The translations under genes were made by a program, and so were the position numbers. The notes under the pieces were generated by a model. That model was not told where the DNA came from. It saw only the letters and a list, made by a program, of their open reading frames with translations, and made no database searches. Below, piece by piece: positions 1-9,899 of a DNA stretch of 64,000 bases (position 1 is its first letter; every line of letters starts with the position of its first letter). Source of the stretch: Desulfobacterales bacterium (lineage in GTDB: Bacteria > Desulfobacterota > Desulfobacteria > Desulfobacterales > JAFDDL01). The stretch spans positions 45,019 to 109,018 of the forward strand of contig JBECKW010000059.1 in the NCBI GenBank assembly GCA_040235505.1, in the 5' to 3' direction.

Positions 1-197
1 TTATCAAGGTCTGGATTGACAGCTTGGGATTCCGATGAAAAAGGATCGGTGGGATTGTATCCAAGCTGTTCAAGAAGCTCGCTCTGTATATCTTCAAGGG
101 TAGCGGCAATTGAAAAGCGTCCAATGAAAAGAGGCAATACAATGACAATGAACAGGAAAATGGATCTGAAAAACCGATTCGGATTGTTTAGCAACAT
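1..197 (-). CDS. 5' end of a gene running off the left edge; hydrophobic N-terminus (MLLNNPNRFFRSIFLFIVIVLPLFIG...), function unknown
   Basis: ATG at 197-195 is preceded by a GAGGGG Shine-Dalgarno (revcomp of about 201-208). The frame stays open to position 1. Absent from the ORF track because there is no stop in the window. Confidence 0.4.
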   Translation of the reverse strand, partial: MLLNNPNRFFRSIFLFIVIVLPLFIGRFSIAATLEDIQSELLEQLGYNPTDPFSSESQAVNPDLD

Positions 198-255
198 CGT
201 CCCCTCTTGAAATTCACTTTATTTTCATATCTTACATTTAAATTATCAACATTAT

Positions 256-284
256 TTGACCCACATCAAGCATAATGATATATA
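256..284 (+). promoter_or_regulatory. sigma-70-like promoter TTGACC-N17-TATATA upstream of the mepK-like gene
   Basis: Hexamers read directly at 256-261 and 279-284 with a 17-nt spacer, in a divergent intergenic region. Confidence 0.35.
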
Positions 285-423
285 CCACATGATTGCGCTC
301 GACGGGGATGAGACATAAAGATTTCCAAGCGGCGGGCCGATAAAAATGTTAACGATATCCGAAGTTCGTGGAGTGGCATGGATATCATTTGATGACAGGA
401 TTCATTATTGGAGTTAGACAGTT

Positions 424-978
424 TTGCCTCAGTCCCTGTTTAATCGACGGAATTTCTTGAAAATCGGCATGATAGCAGCTGCCGGTCTCATGTCTCCTAT
501 TTTCCGGAAAAGTGCGTTCGCTGCATTGATAAAGGACGAATATACCCTCAAATTCTACAATATCCATACCGGGGAATCCTTGAACGCGTGCTATTGGAGC
601 TGTGGGCGGTACAACGAAGACGAATTGTCGAGCATCAACCATTTTTTTCGTGATTTTAGAACCGACGACATCAAGGAAATTGATACTCGTCTGCTCGACC
701 TGTTGTATGCCATATCCCGAAAAATTCCCCGAAACGTTCCTTTGCACCTCATTTCCGGGTATCGCAGCCCTAAAACAAATCAGTTATTGAGGCAAAGCAG
801 CAGCGGTGTCGCCCGAAAAAGCCTTCATATGAAGGGCTACGCCGCAGATATTCGAATTCCAGGGATGAAAACCGCAAATCTCCGAAAGATTGCTATAGAT
901 ATCGGTGCCGGCGGTGTCGGCTACTATCCGAAATCAGATTTTGTCCATGTTGATATTGGACGGGTCAGGCAATGGTGA
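424..978 (+). CDS. mepK: DUF882 / peptidase M15A family, YcbK(MepK)-like murein endopeptidase with Tat signal
   Basis: TTG start. Twin-arginine motif NRRNFLK followed by AFA. Motifs LISGYRSPKTN, HMKGYAADI and DFVHVDIG are typical of the YcbK/DUF882 family. Confidence 0.75.
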   Translation: MPQSLFNRRNFLKIGMIAAAGLMSPIFRKSAFAALIKDEYTLKFYNIHTGESLNACYWSCGRYNEDELSSINHFFRDFRTDDIKEIDTRLLDLLYAISRKIPRNVPLHLISGYRSPKTNQLLRQSSSGVARKSLHMKGYAADIRIPGMKTANLRKIAIDIGAGGVGYYPKSDFVHVDIGRVRQW

Positions 979-1237
979 CCGGCAACGAGTGAAAATTCTG
1001 GTTATTCCCGGATAAATGTGTGAAAAATAGGTTCACGGACCATTCCCAAACATCCGCCCCATAGTTTGAAGCTCCTCCGGTTTCTTGACAAAACCTTCTT
1101 TCTGTGAAAATAAATAAAATTATGAAAATCGCCGACCATGGAACTTAAATGCACGCCTGCAAAGGGCTCTCCAATAATTGATGTCTAAAATAAATGAGCC
1201 GATATCGTTTTTCGGATACAGTTGAAACTTAAAAGAA

Positions 1238-2233
1238 GTGAAAATACAAATGCGGATAAGGAAAAAGATTTTTTTTGGCGCACTCCTTGCAGTTTTCTTG
1301 ACGTTTGGAACTGCAAACGGTGCCGGATTTAGTTACCAGATGATCTCGAAGTCCGTCCCTGCTGCGAAATGGAAAACGGTGATTGGATGGCTTCATCAGC
1401 AGCACACGGTTGCCGAAGGTGAGACGTTGCTGGATATCGCCAGAAATTTTGGACTCGGATGGAACGAAATCGAAATTTTGTATCCGAATATCGATCCATG
1501 GCTTCCGGATCCGGGAACAAAATTAGCAATGCCGGTCTGTTGGATTCTTCCTTCCGGGAAGCATGAAGGGATCGTTATCAATATCCCGGAAATGAGACTT
1601 TACCGGTATATACCCGGAACGAATATGGTTGAAACGTACCCGGTGGGAATTGGTACCGAAGAATTTCAAACCCCTTTGGGTGATTACCAGGTCGTGGAAA
1701 GGCAGAAAAATCCCGTATGGACGGTGCCCCCGTCCTTGAGGCAAAAGTATAATTTTACTTCCATGCCGCCGGGGCCTCGAAATCCTCTCGGCGCCTATTG
1801 GTTGGGACTATCTGCCCATCACATTGGAATTCATGGAACGAATTTTCCTTGGGCGGTGGGCCGTCAGGTAAGCCGTGGATGCATACGTCTTTATCCGGAA
1901 GACATCAAACGGTTGTTCCCTGAGGTCGCTCTCGGAACGAAAGTTCATATTATTTACGAGCCGGTGAAAGTGGGGGTTATAGATGGGGATATCTATATCG
2001 AGGTCCATCCGGACGCCGAAGGAAAGACAACAAACGATTTGCATCAGATTGCCATGGATCGTTTGCAAAAATTGGGGAAGCAATGCTATGTGTCATACGA
2101 TTTGGTGAAAAAAGCCATACAGGATAAAAACGGGATGCCGGTACGAATCGGATCCATCCAGGGAGGAGGTGATGAAGGAGCATTTCGTGCAGAACAAAAG
2201 AAGAATGAAACGTTGAAAGAAGCAATTAATTAA
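1238..2233 (+). CDS. L,D-transpeptidase (LysM domain plus YkuD catalytic domain)
   Basis: Signal peptide. LysM-like HTVAEGETLLDIARNFGLGWNEI. YkuD active site HGTNFPWAVGRQVSRGCIRL. The start could be GTG 1238 or ATG 1250. Confidence 0.85.
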   Translation: MKIQMRIRKKIFFGALLAVFLTFGTANGAGFSYQMISKSVPAAKWKTVIGWLHQQHTVAEGETLLDIARNFGLGWNEIEILYPNIDPWLPDPGTKLAMPVCWILPSGKHEGIVINIPEMRLYRYIPGTNMVETYPVGIGTEEFQTPLGDYQVVERQKNPVWTVPPSLRQKYNFTSMPPGPRNPLGAYWLGLSAHHIGIHGTNFPWAVGRQVSRGCIRLYPEDIKRLFPEVALGTKVHIIYEPVKVGVIDGDIYIEVHPDAEGKTTNDLHQIAMDRLQKLGKQCYVSYDLVKKAIQDKNGMPVRIGSIQGGGDEGAFRAEQKKNETLKEAIN

Positions 2234-2273
2234 GACGTGGGTCAATCAACTAACTAATATGAAGGAGGCATTC

Positions 2274-2618
2274 ATGACTGGAAAAAATGTAGTAAGGATA
2301 GTGCTGGCGGGTGTGTTGCTCTTGACCTTGGGAATGGTATTTTCGGGTTGCGCTACCGATAGACTGAACGCTGTCGAAGCGCAAAGCGCCCAGGCTCTCA
2401 GCAAAGCAGAAGCTGCATTGGCCGCTGTTGACAGCGCGAAAGCGGCTGCAAATACTGCTTCTACAAAAGCGGATGAGGCTGCTTCGAAAGCCGATGCTGC
2501 TGCTGCGAAAGCCGATGCTGCTGCTGCATCTGCTGCACAGGCCGATGAGGCTGCTCAGAGCGCTGCCAAATCAGCTCAGAAGGCGGAAGCCGTTTTTATG
2601 AAAAACATGGGGAAATAA
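2274..2618 (+). CDS. Braun-lipoprotein-like (Lpp / alanine-zipper) small lipoprotein ending in Lys
   Basis: GAAGGAGG SD at 2261-2268, 5 nt before ATG 2274; the ORF-track start 2259 is less likely. Lipobox VFSGC. Ala/Lys/Asp-rich heptad-like mature part. C-terminal ...KNMGK. Confidence 0.7.
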   Translation: MTGKNVVRIVLAGVLLLTLGMVFSGCATDRLNAVEAQSAQALSKAEAALAAVDSAKAAANTASTKADEAASKADAAAAKADAAAASAAQADEAAQSAAKSAQKAEAVFMKNMGK

Positions 2619-2676
2619 GCTGACGGACTCTGATTGAGTCTGGACAACCTATTTTCGACAGAGTAAGTTGGTAAAG

Positions 2677-2713
2677 AAAAAAAGGGCACCCGGAAAACCG
2701 GGCGCCCTTTTTT
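2677..2713. terminator. bidirectional rho-independent terminator between the lpp-like gene and fhs
   Basis: AAAAAAA-GGGCACCCGG-AAAA-CCGGGCGCCC-TTTTTT: a 10-bp stem with one mismatch, flanked by an A-run and a T-run. Confidence 0.75.
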
Positions 2714-2742
2714 ATCTTATTTTTATCTTAAGTTGAAAGTGA

Positions 2743-4506
2743 CTAGAACAACCCGGATACTTTTCCGGTGGCCGGATCAACGTCGATTCTTCTGAATGCC
2801 GGATTGGAGCCCGTACCCGGCATGAGGCTGATGGTACCTGCACACGGGCAGAGGAACTTGGCGCCGGAGTAGATAAGAACGTCTCTGATCGGAAGCGTCC
2901 AACCCTTGGGAACGCCCTTGACAGTCGGATCATGGCTGAGGCTCAAGTGCGTTTTTACCATCATGGTGGCGAAGTCCGCATATTTCGGATCTTCCTCGAG
3001 CATTTTCGCTTTGGCTTCGGCCTCGGGACTCCAGGAAACACCGTCCGCGCCATATACTTCCTTGGCAATGACAGCCACCCGGTCACGAAGCTTCATCTCC
3101 AGAGGATACAGAAAGTTGAAGTCGTTTTCGTCGTTGCAGGCATCGATGACCGCATCGGCGAATTCCAGTGCCCCTTCACCGCCTTTTTCCCAATGTCTGG
3201 ACTCGGCGCAACGGGCACCAGCGGCTTCAGCTGCTTTCTTGATAATAGCGACTTCGGCGTCCGTGTCGGTGTAGAAACGGTTGACACAGACCACCGGATT
3301 GATGCCGGATTTACGAATGATGCCGATCATGTGGACCATGTTTTCGACACCCTTTTCCAACAATCCGAGATTCTCCTTGGTGTATTCTTCGGCAAGCGCC
3401 TTGCCTGGAACCACTTTGGGACCGCCGCCGTGCATCTTGAGGGCGCGGACGGTAGTGGTGAGTACCGATACATGCGGTTTGAGGCCGGAGAAGCGGCATT
3501 TGACGTTCCAGAATTTTTCGAAACCGATGTCGGCGGCAAAACCGGATTCTGTCACATGATAATCGAACAGTTTCAATCCAACGCGGTCTGCGATAATGGA
3601 GCTCTGCCCCACGGCGATGTTGGCGAAGGGACCGGCATGCACGAAGCAGGGCTGGTATTCCGCGGTGCACATGAGGGTGGGGTTGATGGTGTTTCTCATA
3701 AAGGCTGCCATGGCATTACCCACTTCGAGGTCCCGACAGGTAACCGGCTTCCCGCTCTTGTCAAATGCCACGGTGATGTTGTTGATGCGTTCCTTGAGGT
3801 CCGCAAGGTCTGTGGCCACAGCCAGAATCGCCATCAGCTCAGAGCCGACCGCGATGCCGAATTTACTCTGCATGGTGAATCCGTCGGTCCGGCCGCCAAG
3901 GCCGATGACGATGTTTCGAAGCGCCTGGGCGCAGAAATCGATAATCCACCCGAGCTCGACCCGGGTCGGGTCGATGTTGAGGCGTCTCATGCCGGTGAGC
4001 CGCTGAAGCTGTTCATCGTTGTAGTTTCGTTCGTGCTGCATTCTGGCGGTCATGGCCACCATGCCGAGGTTATGGGCATTCATGATATCGTTGATATCAC
4101 CCGTCAATCCCAGTGAAAACTCCGTCATCGGGATGAGAAGCGAATTGCCGCCGCCGGCTGCGGTCCCTTTAACGTTCATGGTGGGGCCACCGGAGGGTTG
4201 ACGAAGGGCGCCGCCGACATTTACACCACGTTTACCGAGACCTTCCATAAGTCCCACGGACGTCGTGCTTTTTCCCTCACCCAGAGGAGTGGGGGTGATG
4301 GCGGTGACTTCGATATATTTTCCATCCGGTTTATCTTTGAGCCTGTCGATAACCTTGAGAAAGTCGATTTTAGACAGCCTCCCCATGGGAAGCATTTCAG
4401 ACGGATCAAGTCCGAGTTTCTCGCGCCAATCTTCCGGCATGGGCATGTTTTTTTCCGCTTCCTCTGAAATTTGCCAATCTTGCATGTTTACCGCATCGTA
4501 AGCCAT
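2743..4506 (-). CDS. fhs: formate--tetrahydrofolate ligase
   Basis: 587 aa. Motifs [12 protein letters not shown] and the overall FTHFS pattern. Strong AAAGGAGG SD upstream. Confidence 0.95.
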   Translation of the reverse strand: MAYDAVNMQDWQISEEAEKNMPMPEDWREKLGLDPSEMLPMGRLSKIDFLKVIDRLKDKPDGKYIEVTAITPTPLGEGKSTTSVGLMEGLGKRGVNVGGALRQPSGGPTMNVKGTAAGGGNSLLIPMTEFSLGLTGDINDIMNAHNLGMVAMTARMQHERNYNDEQLQRLTGMRRLNIDPTRVELGWIIDFCAQALRNIVIGLGGRTDGFTMQSKFGIAVGSELMAILAVATDLADLKERINNITVAFDKSGKPVTCRDLEVGNAMAAFMRNTINPTLMCTAEYQPCFVHAGPFANIAVGQSSIIADRVGLKLFDYHVTESGFAADIGFEKFWNVKCRFSGLKPHVSVLTTTVRALKMHGGGPKVVPGKALAEEYTKENLGLLEKGVENMVHMIGIIRKSGINPVVCVNRFYTDTDAEVAIIKKAAEAAGARCAESRHWEKGGEGALEFADAVIDACNDENDFNFLYPLEMKLRDRVAVIAKEVYGADGVSWSPEAEAKAKMLEEDPKYADFATMMVKTHLSLSHDPTVKGVPKGWTLPIRDVLIYSGAKFLCPCAGTISLMPGTGSNPAFRRIDVDPATGKVSGLF

Positions 4507-4763
4507 CGATCCAAACCTCCTTTTTTCATTGTGGGTTATTAGTGTTTGTTTATCGGAGCAGTTGCAGTATCGCGACCATTCGTTAATGATCGTTTCGCAT
4601 CTATCTTATATTTTAGGAGAAAATTAAAGGGCTTCCTTTTTTTCGGGTGGTCCTTTCTCGACTCGCGCGGCTGAACATTGTTAACAGGACATATCTACTG
4701 TTTTAGAATCAACATGGTAATAAAGCATGAGTTTTGCATTTTGGCAAGGGCAAAATCAACAGA

Positions 4764-6776
4764 TTAAAACGACTTGTCTCCGCTGCGGTGCAGACTGTAA
4801 TAAAAGCCCTTTCGGGCCATTAGCGATTCATGGGTGCCGGTTTCGATGATCCGTCCCTTTCGAACTACAAGGATTCGATCAAGATTTCGAACCGTGGCAA
4901 GCCGATGGGCCACAACCACGGCGGTCCGGTTTTTCATGAGATTGAACAAAGCTTCCTGAATTTTAAGTTCGGTCTGAGAATCGATGAAGGAGGTGGCCTC
5001 ATCCATGATGATCAAATCGGGGTTTCGTGCAAACGCCCGTGCAATGGAAATCAATTGACGCTCTCCGCTGGAAAGGGTCCCGCCTGCCTCTGAAAGCTCG
5101 GTGTCAATCCCGTTGGTAGCTCGTCGCACAAGATCCGTGCAGTTGGAGACGGACAGGATGTTTTCAAGGGTTTCGGTTGAAATGTCCTTGTCCCCGCCTA
5201 AAATATTTTCCCGGATGGTTCCGGAGAAAAGAAAGGAATCCTGCATCACCAGTGCCATTTTAGACCGGAAAGCTTCCGTTGGCAAAGATCGAAGGTCCCG
5301 GCCGTTGATGGTTACTCTTCCGGTGGAGGGATCATGGAAGCGGGTGATCAGGTTGATCAAGGTCGTTTTCCCGGAGCCGGTGGGGCCGACGATCCCCAGG
5401 GTTTGCCCCGATTGAAGATCAAAGGAAATGTCCTTCAGAACCGGTTCCCCGGGAACATAGGAAAACGATACATTCTCGAAGGCAATGCTGGAAAAAGGCT
5501 CGATTTCGGGTGCGATGGCGGGCTTGATGCCGGGCCGGTCATCTGCCGAAATTTCCAGACGCTCTTTGCTGTCAAGAATCAGGAATATCCTTTCGGCGGA
5601 GGCGAAGGCATTTTGAACAATATTGTATTTTTCCGCCACATCCCGGATAGGTCGGAAAAACATTTGGATATAGGAAATAAAGGCCACCAGATCTCCGAGG
5701 CTGATGTTGTTGGACATTACCCTGGAGCCGCCATAATAGATTACACAGGCCACGGCTGTGTCGCCGAGAATTACGACCAGCGGCATAAACATAGCCATCA
5801 AATGTATCTGATCCATACCCGCCTGAAAATTTTCGTGATTAAGCTTTTCGAACCGGCGATAATTTTCAGCTTCGTGGCGGAACAACTGGATCACCTTCAT
5901 GCCGCCGATGGTCTCAGAGAAGCGCGTGTTTATTTCCGCAATCTTGACGCGAAGAATCCTGAAATTTTTCCGTGCTTTCTTGGCAAACCGCATGGCGGCA
6001 ATCCAGACAAACGGCAGCACGATGAACCCGACAAGTGTCAATTCGAGGTTGATGCTGATCAGTATGACCGTGATTCCCAGCAGCAGACAGACATCGTTGA
6101 ATATGAAGGCGATCACGGTGGTGAAGAGCTCATGCATGTTTTGAATGTCATTGGTGACACGGGTCACCAGACGTCCCACCGGGTTTTTGGAAAAGAAAGA
6201 AACGGAAAGGCCCTGGATATGACGAAAGAGCGTCACCCGAAGATCGTGCATCAACCGATGTCCAGTGTATTCCATAATGATTTTCTGGAGAAAGTTGAAA
6301 CAGAAATCCAGAAGGACCAGCACCAGGAAGGCCAGCGTTACAACGACGACACCATGGAGATCGGACTGCCGTATTTTCAGCAGTTCCTGCCGGGGAAGCT
6401 TGCTCAGGTTTTCATAGGAAATCAGTGCGCGCTGTCCCTGTACGATAAAAAGATCGGGGTGCTTTTGAATGATTTCAGTAGCTCCGGGGGTTGAAAGATC
6501 GGTTGAATAATACCGGATTTTTTCTTTTTTCGCCTGATTCACCGGAATGTTTTTTGCGGCGCCTGTATATACCGTCGGTACAATGTACCGGTCGATGGCG
6601 ATCTTGGTCACATAGGGCAGGGCGACATTTATAACGGTGATGAGCACAACGATCAGAACCGACAGAATAATTTGGGGCCTATAGGGCCTTGCAAACGGAA
6701 TCAGCCGCTTAAAGAGGGTCGTGTCATACCGGCCATCCGGCATCTCCTCCTCTATATATCCGTTGTCATGATGCAT
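4764..6776 (-). CDS. ABC exporter, fused permease/ATPase (MsbA/multidrug-type half transporter)
   Basis: N-terminal 6-TM region. Walker A GPTGSGKTT, signature LSSGERQ, Walker B IIMDEATS. Confidence 0.9.
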   Translation of the reverse strand: MHHDNGYIEEEMPDGRYDTTLFKRLIPFARPYRPQIILSVLIVVLITVINVALPYVTKIAIDRYIVPTVYTGAAKNIPVNQAKKEKIRYYSTDLSTPGATEIIQKHPDLFIVQGQRALISYENLSKLPRQELLKIRQSDLHGVVVVTLAFLVLVLLDFCFNFLQKIIMEYTGHRLMHDLRVTLFRHIQGLSVSFFSKNPVGRLVTRVTNDIQNMHELFTTVIAFIFNDVCLLLGITVILISINLELTLVGFIVLPFVWIAAMRFAKKARKNFRILRVKIAEINTRFSETIGGMKVIQLFRHEAENYRRFEKLNHENFQAGMDQIHLMAMFMPLVVILGDTAVACVIYYGGSRVMSNNISLGDLVAFISYIQMFFRPIRDVAEKYNIVQNAFASAERIFLILDSKERLEISADDRPGIKPAIAPEIEPFSSIAFENVSFSYVPGEPVLKDISFDLQSGQTLGIVGPTGSGKTTLINLITRFHDPSTGRVTINGRDLRSLPTEAFRSKMALVMQDSFLFSGTIRENILGGDKDISTETLENILSVSNCTDLVRRATNGIDTELSEAGGTLSSGERQLISIARAFARNPDLIIMDEATSFIDSQTELKIQEALFNLMKNRTAVVVAHRLATVRNLDRILVVRKGRIIETGTHESLMARKGFYYSLHRSGDKSF

Positions 6777-8520
6777 CGAAAGCCTCTTCTATTTCCTGGA
6801 GCCGGTATGTTTTCGCATAATACCCATTCGATGCCATCAACTGGGCATGGGTCCCGGATTCGACAATCCGGCCGTTTCGAAGAGTGATGATGTGGTCGGC
6901 AAAAGAAAGTGCTCCGAGACGGTGAGATGCCATAACGAGGGTTCTGTTACGGTTGTCGGATCGAAGGGCACGGATGATGGCATTTCCGGTCTGGGTATCC
7001 ACCTGGCTGATGGGATCATCGAGAAGCAGGATCGGTGCATCATTCATCAGTGCACGTGCCAGAGTAACGCGTTGCTTCTGTCCCCCAGAAAGGATGATGC
7101 CTTTTTCTCCCACGAGCGTATGGTAAGCCGCGGGAAATTCAGAAACATCATCATGGAGGCTCGCTGCCCGTGATGCGGAAAAAAGATCGGTGGATAGGTC
7201 TGAATGATTCCCCATAAGAATATTCTCACGAATAGTGCCGGCAAACAGAAACGGTTCCTGCGGAACAGCTGCAATGCCGGCCCTCAGGTCCTGAAGTCTC
7301 AGTTTGCGGATATCACATCCATCCAGGAGGATTTCACCTTCGGAAACGTCGTATAGCCGTGGAATCAGATTCAGGAGCGTCGATTTCCCGCTGCCGGGGG
7401 GACCAACGATGCCAAGCATGTCGCCGGGCTTCAACCAAAAGTCGATTTGATCAAGGACAGGGGCGCTTCCCGCAGGCGCCCCGGGATAGGAGAATGAGAC
7501 GCCTCGGAATTCGATGGATCCTTCATTTTTTTTAATCGGCCGCGCATCCGGTGCATCCATAATTTGCGGCCGGGTATCGAAAATAACCTGCAGGCGGTCA
7601 AGGGAAGCCTTTCCGCGTTGGATCGAGTTCGAGACCCACCCCAATGCCATCATGGGCCAAGTGAGAAGTCCCAGATAGCCGATGAACGCGACAAATTCCC
7701 CCGGGGTGATGTCCGCAGAAATGGTTTGTCTGCCGCCCAGATAGAGCACCACGGCATTGCTCAAGTTGGTAAAAAAAACCATCATTGGGAAAAAGGCGCC
7801 GACGATTTTTGCAAGGGACATATTACTGGTAATATATTTTTGTGAAATCTCGGATACTTTTTGAGCCTCCTGCTCTTCACGCAGATGGGCCTTGATCAGC
7901 CGGATGCCGGCAAAACGTTCACGAACTGCCTCGGTCAATTCGGAGAAATCTCCCTGGACTTTTCCATATAGACGATGCATGCGGCGACTGAAAAAACGCG
8001 CACCAAAAACGGTGAAGGGGGCCGGAATCATGGCGAAGATGGTCAATTTGACATTGATATAGGCCATGAAGCACACTGTGGCGATTCCCAGAACAGTGGC
8101 ATCCGTGAGCGCCACCAGTCCCATGCCGATGGCCATCCGGATATTCATCAGGTCATTGGTGGCGTGGGCCATGAGATCGCCGGTTCGCATCGTGTCGAAA
8201 TATGCCGGCGACAGGGTCTGAAGATGGAAAAGAATACGGTTTCGAAGGCCTTCTTCCACTCGGCGGGACGTGCCGATCAGGCAGCGACGCCATCCGTAAC
8301 GAAAACACCCGATCAAAACGCCGGCAAAAAAAATTTTGAGACTCCAAAAGAAAAGCGATTGGCGGTCGGCTGTGAGATAAGTGACCGCATCGATGGCTTG
8401 GCCGATGATGCGGGGAATAATCAACTGAAGAAAGTCGACGATGATCAGGCTCAGGAGTCCGAAGGCGATGATCCATCTGCGTTCATAAAGGTATGGTTTT
8501 AACAGGCCGAGTGTTTTCAA
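6766..8520 (-). CDS. ABC exporter, fused permease/ATPase; probable heterodimer partner of 4764-6776
   Basis: Walker A GPPGSGKST, signature LSGGQKQR, Walker B LLLDDPIS. Overlaps the downstream gene by 11 nt. Confidence 0.9.
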   Translation of the reverse strand: MKTLGLLKPYLYERRWIIAFGLLSLIIVDFLQLIIPRIIGQAIDAVTYLTADRQSLFFWSLKIFFAGVLIGCFRYGWRRCLIGTSRRVEEGLRNRILFHLQTLSPAYFDTMRTGDLMAHATNDLMNIRMAIGMGLVALTDATVLGIATVCFMAYINVKLTIFAMIPAPFTVFGARFFSRRMHRLYGKVQGDFSELTEAVRERFAGIRLIKAHLREEQEAQKVSEISQKYITSNMSLAKIVGAFFPMMVFFTNLSNAVVLYLGGRQTISADITPGEFVAFIGYLGLLTWPMMALGWVSNSIQRGKASLDRLQVIFDTRPQIMDAPDARPIKKNEGSIEFRGVSFSYPGAPAGSAPVLDQIDFWLKPGDMLGIVGPPGSGKSTLLNLIPRLYDVSEGEILLDGCDIRKLRLQDLRAGIAAVPQEPFLFAGTIRENILMGNHSDLSTDLFSASRAASLHDDVSEFPAAYHTLVGEKGIILSGGQKQRVTLARALMNDAPILLLDDPISQVDTQTGNAIIRALRSDNRNRTLVMASHRLGALSFADHIITLRNGRIVESGTHAQLMASNGYYAKTYRLQEIEEAFDAS

Positions 8521-8708
8521 AAAAGTGGCACCATGGGTTTCAGGTTAAAAGTGTCCATATTTTATGTCCAATGCCGGTTGCTCCGTCAACAGGTAATTCC
8601 GGGCAAACATAAAAATTGTTTTGGCTTGCGGCTCAAATAAAGTAATATCACAGGATAATAGATTTCAGGCTGCCGGGAGATTATTGAGAAAAGAGGAAAT
8701 AAAATAAA

Positions 8709-9878
8709 ATGCGTTATCGAAAACTTGGAAAAACGGGACTCTCTGTTTCCGTGCTCGGATTTGGCGCCATGCGGCTTCCCATGGTTGGAAATGACCTCAG
8801 CCCGATCGAGCGGTTTGACCCGTCCCGAAAAATCGATGTGGAGGCGTCCCTGGAAATGTTCGAGTATGCCGTTTCAAACGGGATCAATTATTTCGACACC
8901 GCCTACGTGTATCAGGACGGGCAGAGCGAGATGACGATGGGAAGGGGACTGAAACCCCATCGAGACAAGGTGCTCATTGCCACAAAACTGCCCACCATGA
9001 TCATTCAAAAAACCGAAGAACTGGAAAAATCACTGGAACTGCAACTGGAGAGGCTCGATACGGATTACCTGGATGTCTATCTGGCGCATTCTTTGAACCG
9101 AGCCCTTTGGGAACACATGAAACAGGTCGGCATGCTCAAATTTTTCGACCGTATCAGATCCAGCGGGAAGGTTCGGCATATCGGATTTTCCTTCCACGAT
9201 GATGTCCGCGCCTTTAAGGAAATTTTGGACGGCTATGACTGGGAAATCGCTCAAATCCAGTATAACTATTTCGACGAACATCACCAGGCCGGAAGGGCGG
9301 GGCTCGAATACGCCGCAGAAAAGGGAATTGGGATCGTCATCATGGAACCGATACGAGGGGGCAAACTGGCGGATCCGGTGCCTGCGAAGATCAAAGAGAT
9401 ATGGAACGAAGCGGATGTGAAAAGAACCCCGGCAGAATGGGCGCTCCAATGGGTTTGGAATCACCCCGAAGTATCTGTTGTCCTGAGCGGTATGAGCACC
9501 ATGCAGCAACTCATTGAAAATGTCGCAAGCGCCGACAGGGCGGCATCAGGTGATTTGCCGCCGAAGGATCTCGCGCTTATTCAAAAAGTGAATGACGTGT
9601 ACAAAAGCATGGTACCGATCGGCTGTACGGGGTGCGGATACTGTATGCCCTGTCCGTCGGGAGTCAACATCCCCATGTGTTTTTCGCTCTATAACGATTT
9701 TCACGTTTTTAAAGAAGACCGGGAAACAAGCATTATGCTCTACAATTCGCTAATGAGTCCGGATGAACAGGCTTCGGTTTGCATTGAATGCGGGGAGTGT
9801 GAAGAGAAATGTCCTCAACATATTGATATCCGAGAGAGACTGAAGGCGACCCATGAGGTTCTTCACAAAGAAGGGTAA
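8709..9878 (+). CDS. aldo/keto reductase with C-terminal 4Fe-4S ferredoxin-type domain
   Basis: AKR N-terminus MRYRKLGKTGLSVSVLGFG and YFDTAYVY. C-terminal CTGCGYCMPCP and CIECGECEEKCP cluster motifs. Confidence 0.85.
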   Translation: MRYRKLGKTGLSVSVLGFGAMRLPMVGNDLSPIERFDPSRKIDVEASLEMFEYAVSNGINYFDTAYVYQDGQSEMTMGRGLKPHRDKVLIATKLPTMIIQKTEELEKSLELQLERLDTDYLDVYLAHSLNRALWEHMKQVGMLKFFDRIRSSGKVRHIGFSFHDDVRAFKEILDGYDWEIAQIQYNYFDEHHQAGRAGLEYAAEKGIGIVIMEPIRGGKLADPVPAKIKEIWNEADVKRTPAEWALQWVWNHPEVSVVLSGMSTMQQLIENVASADRAASGDLPPKDLALIQKVNDVYKSMVPIGCTGCGYCMPCPSGVNIPMCFSLYNDFHVFKEDRETSIMLYNSLMSPDEQASVCIECGECEEKCPQHIDIRERLKATHEVLHKEG

Positions 9879-9899
9879 AAACCCGTGTTGGGTGTTGTA

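Noticed and set aside
16-210. 64-aa plus-strand ORF at the left edge
   Set aside because: The opposite strand carries a better candidate: an SD plus ATG at 197, a hydrophobic N-terminus and a frame open to the window edge.
2440-2560. Tandem GCT/GCC-rich DNA repeats (AAAGCCGATGCTGCTGCTGC twice)
   Set aside because: They lie inside the Lpp-like coding sequence and simply encode the Ala/Lys/Asp heptad-like helix. This is neither a CRISPR array nor a non-coding repeat array.
2932-4116. 394-aa ORF on the plus strand
   Set aside because: It lies entirely antisense to the well-supported fhs gene. It has no recognisable motifs or SD and is a typical shadow ORF.
4507-4763. ZTP (pfl) or THF riboswitch upstream of fhs; the folD upstream region 36957-37054 was also checked
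   Set aside because: I read both leaders on the coding strand. The conserved GACUGGCG / CCGCCUGGGC elements of the ZTP motif are absent, and no THF-like structure was evident.
5334-6494. 386-aa ORF on the plus strand
   Set aside because: It is antisense to the ABC exporter gene (4764-6776), has low-complexity Gly/Asp/His-rich content and resembles no known family.
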